Below are positions 43,216 to 56,400 of a stretch of 64,000 bases of DNA, piece by piece. The stretch is from Macrostomum lignano. Taxonomy: Eukaryota. Position 1 is the stretch's first letter; every line of letters begins with the position of its first letter. A program made the translations under genes and the position numbers. The DNA is taken from the NCBI GenBank assembly GCA_002269645.1, contig NIVC01000100.1:186001-250000 (forward strand). The letters run 5' to 3'. Below the pieces are notes generated by a model, which ran no database searches, had not been told where the DNA came from, and was given only the letters and a program-made list of their open reading frames with translations.

Positions 43216-46149
43216 TTCAGTTACCCGACTACCATTTACCATTCCACTAATTAATAATGACTTAACTTCTTTAGTAAGATTACTAACTTAAGAATATACC
43301 GGTAGATAGCCTAGAAAATTGTAGCTACAAGCTGTAAAAATAGTATAATGTAAATTGGAGTTAAGTAAGCAGTATTATGCTAATACTTTATTGAAAAAAA
43401 GCAGAAATAAGATAGAGAAGATAGTACTAGTGCAATTTAAAGTACCAGCACATAGCTCACGTTAAATTTGATTCTACGAAATGCAGGTAACGTGTTACGT
43501 ATTCAAAATATATATTGAATGTTATTCAGAAGGCATGTTTAAAAATTAAAAATAAATAAGTGCCTTTAAAGTACAAAATATTTTTGTCAAAAATTAAGTA
43601 AAATTGTAATGATGTTTTAATCAGTGTGGCATTTTTACTTTTTTTGGCCGCACGCAAATTTTTAGCAGAGAGAATCATGCAGCTTGATATAATGAAATCT
43701 TGAATTTGTTACTCGTACTTGATAGGTGTGAACTGCAAAATTTCATAACTATCAAGTTGCTACATGAAAGTGTATTGTAGTGTATTGCAGGACAATAAGT
43801 CAATAAGTTTTTAATGAAGTAAAGCGTGTGCATTTCCTGTTTTATTATCCACGATGGGGATTGGGGACTTCGTTAGACAAGTGGTTTGAAAATTCAACCC
43901 TGGTGGTTAAGAATCTAGTAAGATGTATTGAATAAAACTGCAAATATTTCGTTTAAAACTCGCCGTACATCAATCTACTTATTTGTCCATTTTTATGTAA
44001 ATGATAGCACACGACACAATCGTATTTATGCGTTACATCGTCTATAGTATTTTAATAAACTAAAACTTCGCTTAATAAGTTATTTGGCTACTCTACAGGC
44101 GACGAGAATTTTTTACCGGGGTCCAACTGGTGAGACTACTGCTTACTAGTATTGATAACTTAATAAATACTAGTAAGATATTTAGATAACTTTCATAAAA
44201 ATTGACATGCACCATCATCCACTGTGCACACGGGGGATACATCCCCTTATCCTTCCCTTGCCTACGCCACTGCTACTCTACAAAAAATTAAATGTTAAAA
44301 AACCCTAAAATGCTGTTAAAATGTTAAGAATTCAAATTATGCCAGTAGCAAACTCATACGCGATTTCAAACTTAACTAAAAATAAGAACCGAGTGCAAAG
44401 CATCAATAAACACATAGGAAACCCTGACGGTAAAGAATTTTTTTAATAATATTGGAAACGCTTATTTTTATATTTTATATACTAAATTTACATTTGCTCG
44501 AATAACAAATAACGTTCATAAGTTCAGAATTAGCTGATAAATTAGGCCACGACCCACTTGAAAATAACCGATCATATTGTATAGCTATGTTTCCAAGGGC
44601 AGAATAAATACACTGACAACTGGATAAGTGTTCAGTTTCTTGCTTTAAATAATATAAATTATTTAGAAAGCAACTTCGAGAAGGGCGACAGTGCGAAAGA
44701 GTAAGGTATAAATAGCATTTAGAGCGAAGCGAAGGATCAAAAAGATCAAATTGATGACAAAAGGGTGCACCCAACAAACCAATAGAGAGTACAATGGGAA
44801 CTATTAGCAATTAGGAGTTGTGGGTAAAAGCAAAATTAATAGTTTATAATAATAACATCTATGCTTGAATAGAATCCGTTTCAGCAACCAAAGGTTACAT
44901 TATTTTTTGTTTAAACATTTTTGATCGACAAGACAAAAGCATTACAATAAATGTGTACACAAACGTAAAATAGACTTCAGCGATAGAAAATAGCGGAAAA
45001 ACAATTATGGATTTTCTTTACTAAAACTGAATAAATCTTCTAAGCAAGCAAATAAGTTATAAGGTATAAATGCACCTCCAGCCATCCAAGAGCTCTGCTA
45101 ACGCTAAGGAAACACAAAGCTTTTATATTATATTACTTAGCAAATAAATATTTAGCTGGAATTTCAAAATCAATCACCTCGACATTCAGATAGCTACTGC
45201 TAGTAATAACGATCGGATATAAAGCAAATTTGTATTCGGAAGACACAAATCTGATAAATAGAGAATTACAAGAGTGGAACGATTCAATATTAGTTGTTTA
45301 AACATAGTAAAGTCTTAAAATTGCCCTAAACGTTAGCTGTTTGAGATAATTTCTGATCAAACACAGGTACTATAAAACATAGTTTTTGATTTGTCTAATT
45401 CAAAAAACACAAAAAATAAATAGCCAATAAGACAAGCAGGACAGTTAGCTTATCAGCATAAGATATATAGCAGAATGTATGCACAGAAAGTAAAAAAATT
45501 ACTGACGGATTTATAATGACAAGGCCATCTAAAGCCGAGAGAAATTCTTCCAATTTAACCTGTTAATATAAGTCCAGCTAATATTGTATTTGTTTCAGGG
45601 ATAAAATATTTATAGGAACAAAAAAGCTATTTGTTCAGACAAGGTGAAAAAACACAGAAGCACACATAAATGTTAAATAATTGACTTATAGATTTAAATA
45701 CCCAACAAATATCTTCACATAAGTGCAGTTATGATATAAGAATGAAATCATTGTTTATAGCCTAAACCTGTCACCATAAGGCTGTTAGTAGCTAAATATT
45801 ACCTAATTTAATTTCGGACAGGTATACAGGTATCAAGAAAACAAATAAGAAAAAATTTACAGAGATTAATTCAATGGAATGAAAATATTTGTAGAGCAAG
45901 ATCATGTTAAAGCAAACAAAAACACGTATCTTTTAGTATTACGGCTCAATCAGAGGCCATAAACTCGTGATATAACCATAATAGAGGTAGGAAAATATAT
46001 AAATAAATCAGTTTAATTTAGTTCAATAGTGCCAAAAAGCTCCGATTCCTTTCTAGCGAGAAAGGGGTGAGGGGATTGAAAATTAAATAAAACGCACAGT
46101 GAGTCAAATGGAGATGCAGTGTTTTAATTGATTACAAAACCTTGTCCAT

Positions 46150-46978
46150 TCTAGCGAGCAGGCGGAGAGAAATCGAGCGGGATGGGGGTTTGGTATGGCT
46201 GACCATAAAATCCTTAACCACCCTGGCGCGCAGGCGGAGAGAAATGGAATTGAGGTGGGGGTTTGGTTTGGCTGACCATAAAATCCTTAACCACTCTGGC
46301 GCGCAGGCGGAGAGAAATGGAATTGAGGTGGGGGTTTGGTTTGGCTGACCATAAAATCTTTAACCACCCTGGCGCTCAGGCGGAGAGAAATGGAATTGAG
46401 GTGGGGGTTTGGTTTGGCTGACCATAAAATCCTTAACCACCCTGGCGCGCAGGCGGAGAGAAATGGAATTGAGGTGGGGGTTTGGTTTGGCTGGCCATAA
46501 AATCTTTAACCACCCTGGCGCGCAGGCGGAGAGAAATGGAATTGAGGTGGGGGTTTGGTTTGGCTGACCATAAAATCCTTAACCACTCTGGCGCGCAGGC
46601 GGAGAGAAATGGAATTGAGGTGGGGGTTTGGTTTGGCTGACCATAAAATCTTTAACCACCCTGGCGCGCAGGCGGAGAGAAATGGAATTGAGGTGGGGGT
46701 TTGGTTTGGCTGACCATAAAATCCTTAACCACCCTGGCGCGCAGGCGGAGAGAAATGGAATTGAGGTGGGGGTTTGGTTTGGCTGACCATAAAATCCTTA
46801 ACCACTCTGGCGCGCAGGCGGAGAGAAATGGAATTGATGTGGGGGTTTGGTTTGGCTGGCCATAAAATCTTTAACCACCCTGGCGCGCAGGCGGAGAGAA
46901 ATGGAATTGAGGTGGGGGTTTGGTTTGGCTGACCATAAAATCCTTAACCATTCTGGCGCGCAGGCGGAGAGAAATGGA
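46150..46978. repeat. 73-bp minisatellite, ~11 copies, between the DOP1 3' end and the KAT2 upstream region
   Basis: GACCATAAAA at 46201 and 46274. Confidence 0.97.
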
Positions 46979-47263
46979 GTAGAGGCTACCTAATACTCCA
47001 TGAAATGTCTATACACACCGAACATGCGCGCGAGGCTAGTAAAAAAGAAATAAGAAAATGACAGGTGGTACTTGATGTTAGGACCGACCAAAAAATAAAT
47101 AATCATTATAAAAATAAACGATTAGTCTCAATTAAATTACTGATAGATAAGTAGAAAAGTTTGCAAATTGTTACGTTTTTAGCAAATGTACGAGTATTTA
47201 CTGCAAAATAAGAGCCACCTAAGCCAAGAATATTATAAGTTAATAATTAATTGTTAACAAGCC

Positions 47264-50200
47264 CTAATTAGAAGCCATCGGCTCTAGAAAGTCGATGAGC
47301 AATAATTCTTCGCGTTGAGCGTTCGGATCGCCGTGTAACGAACAAGGCAACTGCAAATCGGCTGTTGACGCAATGGCCAAACCGGCCGCGGCGGCGTTGC
47401 CAGGTTCACCAGGCTGACAGGCAGCCAACAGGCGGGCCGACCGGCTGAGATCGAATCGATCGACAAACGACACTAAGAATGGTAGCAGCTCTTGCAGCGA
47501 AGCTATCTTAGTCAATGTCAGACGTTGACAACAGGTGTGCATTGGCGGCGGCAGCTGTATGCCTAATTTATTATCGCTACCGGGTCCATTCTCGCTTCGT
47601 TCAGTGGAAGATAGACCACCGTTGCTTAGCAACCGGCATAGCCGGCGACACACTCGATTCACTAGCGGAGTAAATACACCGGACGTTGACGAGGACTGTC
47701 CACCGCTGGAAGAATGATTTCCAATCAACGAGTCCTCCGGATCGCCTACTAAACTCCATTTGTAGGCGTGGAACAGTGCGGCCTGAGATTCCTCCAATTG
47801 AACGCAGGCGTCGAGCAGTTTGAACACGGCCAAATAGAGATCCAGGCGCGACTGGGGCAGCCGGTTCGGCTCCGGCTCCTGTTCGAGCTGCCACAAGGCC
47901 GAGTAGATTTCGGGCACGAATACATACCTGAATTGTATAGGGAGGACAATTACACGTCTGAGATGCTTTTACACTACCTGTATTGTTTCCTACGCTCACG
48001 ACATAATCGATACATTATTTTTATTCCCTCACTTCACCTTCACACGCTCTTTTACTGTCCTGTTTCAATCCTGCTTCATTTATCTTTCATCTTTTCCTAC
48101 TCTCACTTATTAATTGACTCTCATCCTCGCTGACTCTCAGCCTCACTAACTCCTCCGACCCTGAAAACCTCACTGAATCGCACTCTTAGTCTTAACTAAC
48201 TAAAGGGTACTAACTAACCTTACCGAGTCTCACCTCCACAGACTTGCATTTACTAACTCGCATCCCTAATGATTATCACCCTTGCTGACTCTAACCCTGA
48301 CCCAATCTATCCTCACTCACCCATCTTCTTTACTCTATCTGCTACTATGCGCTTCTTCCTCACATCTGTCCGATTTCGACTTTCCTCTGCCCCTGCCACC
48401 GCTCTATCTCTCAGTCCCTCACCCTCTCACTCTCCCAGCCTTCCCCACTATCCAGCCTCTCACCAGAGCGGCGCCAGACTAGCAGCGCTAATCCGCAACA
48501 GCAGCACCCTGAAGCAGAGCATGACAGCGGCATGCAAATGACCGGCAGTGGAGACTCGCAGATTCTCAGTCAGATAGGCTACAACCTCTTGCAACTGCGG
48601 CAGGTACTGATCGGATTCGCCGCAGTAGATTAGGAATGCCAAGCGTTTTACCATGGCGGAGCGTTGGTCCCATTCTTGATCGCGGCTAGAGAACGGATTA
48701 GCTGTTGTGGACACAGTCAGCCTGCAAGCGCGAGGTGAGACTATTTAGACTATAGTAACGATTTTGAGACTTCTGATTAAATGGGGTGAGATTTTGATAC
48801 TAGAGATCAAATGGGATGAGATTTTGAGACCAGAGATGAAATGGGGCGAGTTTTCGACACGTGGGTCAAATAGAAATTAGAGAGACTTCACGCCGAACTC
48901 ACCTAGGAAAGATATCCCTAAACGCCTGTTTAAACTCCGTAGCCATCAAATTGTCAATAATATCAACCCAAAATTTCAGTGTGGCCAACGGCATACGAAA
49001 GAATCCAGTTTCTAATAGCATATCGCTGGCCTCCTTCTTCCAGGCTCGCCGGGTGTACTCTTTGCGGGACAGCTCTTTGAGCACGCCGCTGCAGGCGTCG
49101 AACACCGTGGCATGCGGCCGCTGCTTCAGATGCGGCAGCGCGGCCCGCAGCACCGGGCCAGTCAGGAGGCCCTCGGCTCGATCTCCATTCGGTCCGAACA
49201 CGTGATCTAACAGCAGAAACATGGCCTGTTCTAACAGTCGAGCAGCTCGACAGCTTAGAGCGACTTCTTCTTCAGTGCAGGCGACGCTGGCGCGGAACCA
49301 GCTCTGACGCTCCGCCGTGCTGCCAAGGATGGTGGCCACAGAGGCCACTAGCAACCCAGCCAGGTCCTGCAGATCTCGGCGACCACGAGAATCCCTGTCG
49401 GCCTCTTTCAGCGCTAGTAGGAGAGCATGAAACAGCTCCAGCTGGAGGAAGGGAACCTCGGAACGGGAGCCCGGCAGGCATTCGCGGAGCAAAGACTGCA
49501 GCTCCGGGCCATGGCTAGAATTTGCAATAATGGATTGCTAATCTATGCAATTTGCAATAATAGATTGCTAATCTATGCAATTTACAATGATGGATTGCTA
49601 ATCTATGCAATTTACTATGATGGATTGCTAATCTATCCGATTATACTAATGGATTGCAAGTCTATTCTATTATACTAATGAATTGCTTATATCTGTCCAA
49701 TATATTGTAGTGGATTGCTAATCTATGCACACCCATCTGAGCGACAGGATCAAAGATTAAACTCACCTAGCCAACGCTTGCGCATTCAGTCGTTTAGCCA
49801 CGCAAACTGTCGGCTTCAAGGCGGCCTGATTAGTTCGACAAGAGTTTAATAAATCTTTCAACGGCACCAGATCGATAAGAGCGTCAACAAATGTAGCGTC
49901 TTCCTGCAGTTCGGCACTGGAAGCGGCAGTCAGTAGCATGTTCAAGTCGTCCGACACAACCAGTTGAAGAATGCGCCTAACCGGCCCCTGCTTGATAGGG
50001 TAGCGCAGCAGGCAGGGCAGCAGCCTGGGCAGGCACCGGTGTGCGCTGGCGTCCCTGGCGCGTAGGGCTCGGTCAAGGACGCCGTGAAGGCAGGCCAGAG
50101 CCATCGGCTGAAGATCTGGCGGAGCTGGCGTCTCTCGAAGCGACAAGGTGTCGCACAGGCTGCCGGTGGTCAGGGTGACTACCTATAGGAGGGAGAGAGA

Positions 50201-53200
50201 GAGATGTTTTGACATGAGTTTGAAAGCAGGAGGTAGACAATGAGGGGTAAAGCGGAGATAGACAATAAGGGGAGAGCGTAGTTAGATTATGAGGAGAGGG
50301 GAGGTAGACAATGAGGGGATGGTATGTAGACAATGAGGGGATGGTATGTAGACAATGAGGGGATGGTATGTAGACAATGAGGGGATGGTATGTAGACAAT
50401 GAGGGGATGGTATGTAGACAATGAGGGGATGGTATGTAGACAGAGGGAGAGCGGAGGTAGACAATGAGTGGGAGAGCGGAGGTAGACAATGAGTGGGAGA
50501 GCGGAGGTAGACAATGAGTGGGAGAGCGGAGGTAGACAATGAGTGGGAGAGCGGAGCTAGAAAATGAGGGGGAGAGCGGAGGTAGACAATGAGTGGGAGA
50601 GCGGAGGTAGACAATGAGTGGGAGAGCGGAGGTAGACAATGAGTGGGAGAGCGGAGGTAGACAATGAGTGGGAGAGCGGAGGTAGACAATGAGTGGGAGA
50701 GCGGAGGTAGACAATGAGTGGGAGAGCGGAGCTAGAAAATGAGGGGGAGAGCGGAGGTAGACAATGAGTGGGAGAGCGGAGCTAGAAAATGAGTGGGAGA
50801 GCGGAGCTAGAAAATGAGGGGGAGAGCGGGACATGCAGTAGCTAATGGAGATGAAAGATTAGCAAAAAAAATGAATAGCAAAAACAATAAAGCAGTTTTA
50901 AGATTAATCCAGCAAAACAGAAATTCTCACTTGGCCTAGATGAGAGCCGGCGCAATGAGGCAGCAGGTCGGACACGAAGCCGTACCAGGTCACGTGATCG
51001 CCGCCGATATGGCAAGCCGGGCCGAGGCCGAGTCGCAGAGCAAGCATGAGCAGCGGTTGGCCAGACAGCGGCAGGCAGTCCTGCCATAGATAAAAGAGAC
51101 TAAGAGTCTTTTAGAGATTTCATTACTAATGACCAATGACCGCCTGATAAGTCTAATGAAATGATCAACAATCTAATTAGCAGTCTAATGACCCTACTCA
51201 GCAGTCTAATGACTACTCAACAGTCTAATGACTACTCAACAGTCCAATGACTACTCAACAGTCTAATGACTACTCAACAATCTAATGACTACTCAACAGT
51301 CTAATGACCCTACTCAACAGTCTAATGACTACTCAACAGTCTAATGACTACTCAACAGTCTAATGACTACTCAACAGTCTAATGACTACTCAACAGTCTA
51401 ATGACTACTCAACAGTCTAATGACTACTCAACAGTCTAATGACTACTCAACAGTCTAATGACTACTCAACAGTCTAATGACTACTCAACAGTCTAATGAC
51501 TACTCAACAGTCTAATGACTACTCAACAGTCTAATGACTACTCAAAAATCTGATGACCCTACTCAACAGTCTAATGACTACTCAACAATCTAATGACTAC
51601 TCAACAGTCTAATGACCCTACTCAACAGTCTAATGACTACTCAACAGTCTAATGACTACTCAACAGTCTAATGACTACTCAACAGTCTAATGACTACTCA
51701 ACAGTCTAATGACTACTCAACAATCTGATGACTACTCAACAATCTGATGACCCTATTCAACATTGTCTAATGGCCCTACTCAACAATATCTAATGGCCCT
51801 AGTCAACAATATCTAAAGACCCTACTCAACAGTATCTAATGACCCTACTCAACAGTATCTAATGACCCTGCTCAACAATATCTAATGACCCTACTCAACA
51901 ATATCTAATGACCCTGACCCTACTCAACAATATCTAATGACCCTGATCAACAGTCTAATGACTGTATCTAAGCTAATAGAACATAACAAATCGTACCTGA
52001 TAGACAAAATCCCCTACACCAGGAGCAGTAGCAGACGCGGATCTCACAGCAGCCTTTTTGGTAGCGCCCTCATCCGCAGCTGAAGCATTACCAGCCATCG
52101 GACTAGGCTTCATCAAAGCCAATAGACGCAGAGTCAGACTAGCCAAAGATTTCACATGAGCCGCTCTGGTCAGCCAGCCAACGCCGATCTCATTAAACTG
52201 TACAATCCTAGCCGAGAACACGTGCGATTCCACAGTCCAGTGACTATAACAGGCAGCCAGTGCTGAGCACAGGCAGTGCAATGCTAGCCTACTAAACTGT
52301 AATCGATTGTCTCTCAACTGTCTGGCAGCTTCCGGTGAGTCGCCAGATGCGGCGCATTGGGCTAAACTGCATAGTAGGTCCGCAGCTCGAGTCTGCACTA
52401 GCCTATTGCCGATTAATTCGGGAGATTCAACGCGCTCTCTGGCGTAGGGAGAATAGCAGGATCTGACGTAATCCAGGGCTAGGCTAGTTAGCAGGTGGAG
52501 GTAGGTCACGGATTTGTAGGACTTGTGCAGCTGGTGAGGCGGGTCCTGCGTGAATGGGTTGGTTTTGGAATCAGTAAGATTTCTCCGTCTCGCTCTCCCG
52601 ATCTCACTCTCACTCTCTCGATCTCCCTCTCTCACTCTCCTGATCTCTCTCTCATTCTCTCGATCTCCCTCTGGCTCTCTCGAGCTCCCTCTCACTCTCT
52701 AGATCTCCCTCTCACTCTCTCGATCTCCCTCTCACTCTCTAGATCTCCCTCTCACTCTCTCGATCTCCCTCTCAGTCTCTAGATCTCCCTCTCGATCTCC
52801 CTCTCACTCTATCTCCCTCTCACTCTCTCGATCTCCCTCTCACTCTCTCGATCTCCCTCTCACTCTCTCTCTCCCTCTCACTCTCTCGATCTCCCTCTCA
52901 CTCTCTCGATCTCCCTCTCACTCTCTCGATCTCCCTCTCACTCTCTCTCTCCCTCTCACTCTCTCTCTCCCTCTCACTCTCTCTCTCCCTCTAACTCTCT
53001 CTCTCCCTCTCACTATCTCTCTCCCTCTAACTCTCTCTCTCCCTCTCACTCTCTCGATCTCCCTCTCACTCTCTAGATCTCCCTCTCACTCTCTCGATCT
53101 CCCTCTCGGACTATCTTGAGCTCCATCTAGATGAAACTCTCTAAAAAACTTCCTCAGTCTCTCGATGCCTTCTCACCTGAAAGAAGTTAGCCCCATCAAC

Positions 53201-53347
53201 GCAGGCCCTGTGCCGAAGGAAGAGCGCAAACACCTGATAAGAGCCGGGCGATTTAGCCGGCAAAAGCTGGGTGCCAGCCAGCTTAGCTGTGAACAGCTGG
53301 GGCAGAGCTGACAGCAGGGCTAGCAGGCGGGATAGCACGTAGCTTAC
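47264..53347 (-). CDS. DOP1: Dopey/DOP1 family protein, C-terminal seven exons; gene continues beyond the right edge
   Basis: Exons 53347-53177, 52545-51997, 51080-50931, 50182-49767, 49514-48903, 48721-48464 and 47927-47264 are phase-consistent. Motifs YTRRAWKKEASDMLLETGFFRM..WVDIIDNLM, QRSAMVKRLAFLIY..LCFRVLLLRIS..LAPLW and LYLAVFKLLD match the DOP1 C-terminal region. Confidence 0.9.
49520..49730. repeat. 30-bp degenerate minisatellite (GGATTGCTAATCTATGCAATTTGCAATAAT), DOP1 intron
   Basis: About 7 decaying copies. Confidence 0.85.
50230..50830. repeat. Related 22-bp (GTAGACAATGAGGGGATGGTAT) and 25-bp (GGTAGACAATGAGTGGGAGAGCGGA) minisatellites, DOP1 intron
   Basis: Periods measured at 50341/50363 and 50461/50511. 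Confidence 0.93.
51185..51960. repeat. 19-bp minisatellite (CAGTCTAATGACTACTCAA), DOP1 intron
   Basis: Period 19 (51321/51340); degenerate 3' end. Confidence 0.95.
52580..53105. repeat. ~20-bp CT-rich minisatellite (CTCTCGATCTCCCTCTCACT), DOP1 intron
   Basis: Tandem repetition. Confidence 0.93.
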
Positions 53348-53499
53348 CTGCGAATAGTGTTAATTAGTTTGCTTATAAATTTATAACTCCTTAACCCAGA
53401 CACCTTAGAGACACATTGGAAGGAAAAAAATATCTAGTAGTTTTTACAAGCTAAAACTCGGGGTTTGCTACTGAAGGACCCTTAAGGTGACCCAGGGCT

Positions 53500-56400
53500 T
53501 AGCTGTCCAATAAAGGACTATAGGTAGAGGACCCATCAGCCAAATACTCGTAAAGGACCATAGCTACAGGACCCATCACTGTCCAATAAAGGACCATAGC
53601 TACAGGACCTATCACTGTCCAATAAAGGACCATAGCTACAGGACCTATCACTGTCCAATAAAGGACCATAGCTACAGGACCCATCAGTGTCCAATAAAGG
53701 ACCATAGCTACAGGACCCATCAATGCCCAATAAAGGACCATAGCCAAGAGGACCCATCAATGCCCAATAAAGGACCATAGCCAGGACCCATCAATGTCCA
53801 ATAAAGGACCATAGCTACAGGACCCATCAATGTCCAATAAAGGACCATAGCTACAGGACCCATCAGTGTCCAATAAAGGACCATAGCTACAGGACCCATC
53901 AGTGTCCAATAAAGGACCATAGCTACAGGACCCATCAATGCCCAATAAAGGACCATAGCCAGGACCCATCAATGCCAATAAAGGACCATAGCCAGAGACC
54001 CATCAATGTCCAATAAAGGACCATAGCTACAGGACCCATCAATGCCCAATAAAGGACCATAGCCAAGAGGACCCATCAATGCCCAATAAAGGACCATAGC
54101 CAAGAGGACCCATCAATGCCCAATAAAGGACCATAGCCAAGAGGACCCATCAATGTCCAATAAAGGACCATAGCTACAGGACCCATCAGTGTCCAATAAA
54201 GGACCATAGCTACAGGACCCATCAATGTCCAATAAAGGACCATAGCTACAGGACCCATCAATGTCCAATAAAGGACCATAGCTACAGGACCCATCAATGC
54301 CCAATAAAGGACCATAGCCAAGAGGACCCATCAATGCCCAATAAAGGACCATAGCCAAGAGGACCCATCAATGCCCAATAAAGGACCATAGCCAAGAGGA
54401 CCCATCAATGTCCAATAAAGGACCACAGCTACAGGACCCATCAGTGTCCAATAAAGGACCATAGCCAAGAGGACCCATCAATGTCCAATAAAGGACCACA
54501 GCTACAAGACCCATCTATGTCCAATAAAGGACCACAGCTACAGGACCCATCAGTGTCCAATAAAGGACCATAGCTACAGGACCCATCAATGTCCAATAAA
54601 GGACCATAGCTACAGGACCCATCAATGTCCAATAAAGGACCATAGCTACAGGACCCATCAATGTCCAATAAAGGACCATAGCTACAGGACCCATCAATGC
54701 CCAATAAAGGACCATAGCCAAGAGGACCCATCAATGCCCAATAAAGGACCATAGCCAAGAGGACCCATCAATGTCCAATAAAGGACCACAGCTACAAGAC
54801 CCATCTATGTCCAATAAAGGACCACAGCTACAGGACCCATCAGTGTCCAATAAAGGACCATAGCTACAGGACCCATCAATGTCCAATAAAGGACCATAGC
54901 TACAGGACCCATCAATGTCCAATAAAGGACCATAGCTACAGGACCCATCAGTGTCCAATAAAGGACCATAGCTACAGGACCCATCAGTGTCCAATAAAGG
55001 ACCATAGCTACAGGACCCATCAGTGTCCAATAAAGGACCATAGCTACAGGACCCATCAGTGTCCAATAAAGGACCATAGCTACAGGACCCATCAATGCGC
55101 AATAAAGGACCATAGCCAAGAGGACCCATCAATGCCCAATAAAGGACCATAGCCAAGAGGACCCATCAATGCCCAATAAAGGACCATAGCCAAGAGGACC
55201 CATCAATGTCCAATAAAGGACCATAGCTACAGGACCCATCAGTGCCCAATAAAGGACCATAGCTACAGGACCCATCAGTGTCCAATAAAGGACCATAGCT
55301 ACAAGACCCATCTATGTCCAATAAAGGACCACAGCTACAGGACCCATCAGTGTCCAATAAAGGACCATAGCTACAGGACCCATCAATGTCCAATAAAGGA
55401 CCATAGCTACAGGACCCATCAGTGTCCAATAAAGGACCATAGCTACAGGACCCATCAGTGTCCAATAAAGGACCATAGCTACAGGACCCATCAATGTCCA
55501 ATAAAGGACCATAGCTACAGAGGACCCATCAATGCCCAATAAAGGACCATAGCCAAGAGGACCCATCAATGCCCAATAAAGGACCATAGCCAAGAGGACC
55601 CATCAATGCCCAATAAAGGACCATAGCCAAGAGGACCCATCAATGTCCAATAAAGGACCATAGCTACAGGACCCATCAGTGTCCAATAAAGGACCATAGC
55701 TACAGGACCCATCAGTGCCCAATAAAGGACCATAGCTACAGGACCCATCAATGCCCAATAAAGGACCATAGCCAAGAGGACCCATCAATGCCCAATAAAG
55801 GACCATAGCCAAGAGGACTCATCAATGTCCAATAAAGGACCATAGCTACAGGACCCATCAATGTCCAATAAAGGACCATAGCTACAGGACCCATCAGTGT
55901 CCAATAAAGGACCATAGCTACAGGACCCATCAATGCCAATAAAGGACCATAGCCAAGAGGACCCATCAATGCCCAATAAAGGACCATAGCCAAGAGGACC
56001 CATCAATGTCCAATAAAGGACCACAGCTACAAGACCCATCTATGTCCAATAAAGGACCATAGCTACAGGACCCATCAGTGTCCAATAAAGGACCATAGCT
56101 ACAGGACCCATCAATGTCCAATAAAGGACCATAGCTACAGGACCCATCAATGCCCAATAAAGGACCATAGCCAAGAGGACCCATCAATGCCCAATAAAGG
56201 ACCATAGCCAAGAGGACCCATCAATGCCCAATAAAGGACCATAGCCAAGAGGACCCATCAATGTCCAATAAAGGACCATAGCTACAGGACCCATCAATGT
56301 CCAATAAAGGACCATAGCTACAGGACCCATCAATGTCCAATAAAGGACCATAGCTACAGGACCCATCAATGTCCAATAAAGGACCATAGCTACAGGACCC

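Noticed and set aside
44500-44580. LLE*QITFISSELADKLG resembling a Bel/Pao aspartic protease
   Set aside because: Catalytic DSG absent, in-frame stops, no other retroelement motifs nearby.
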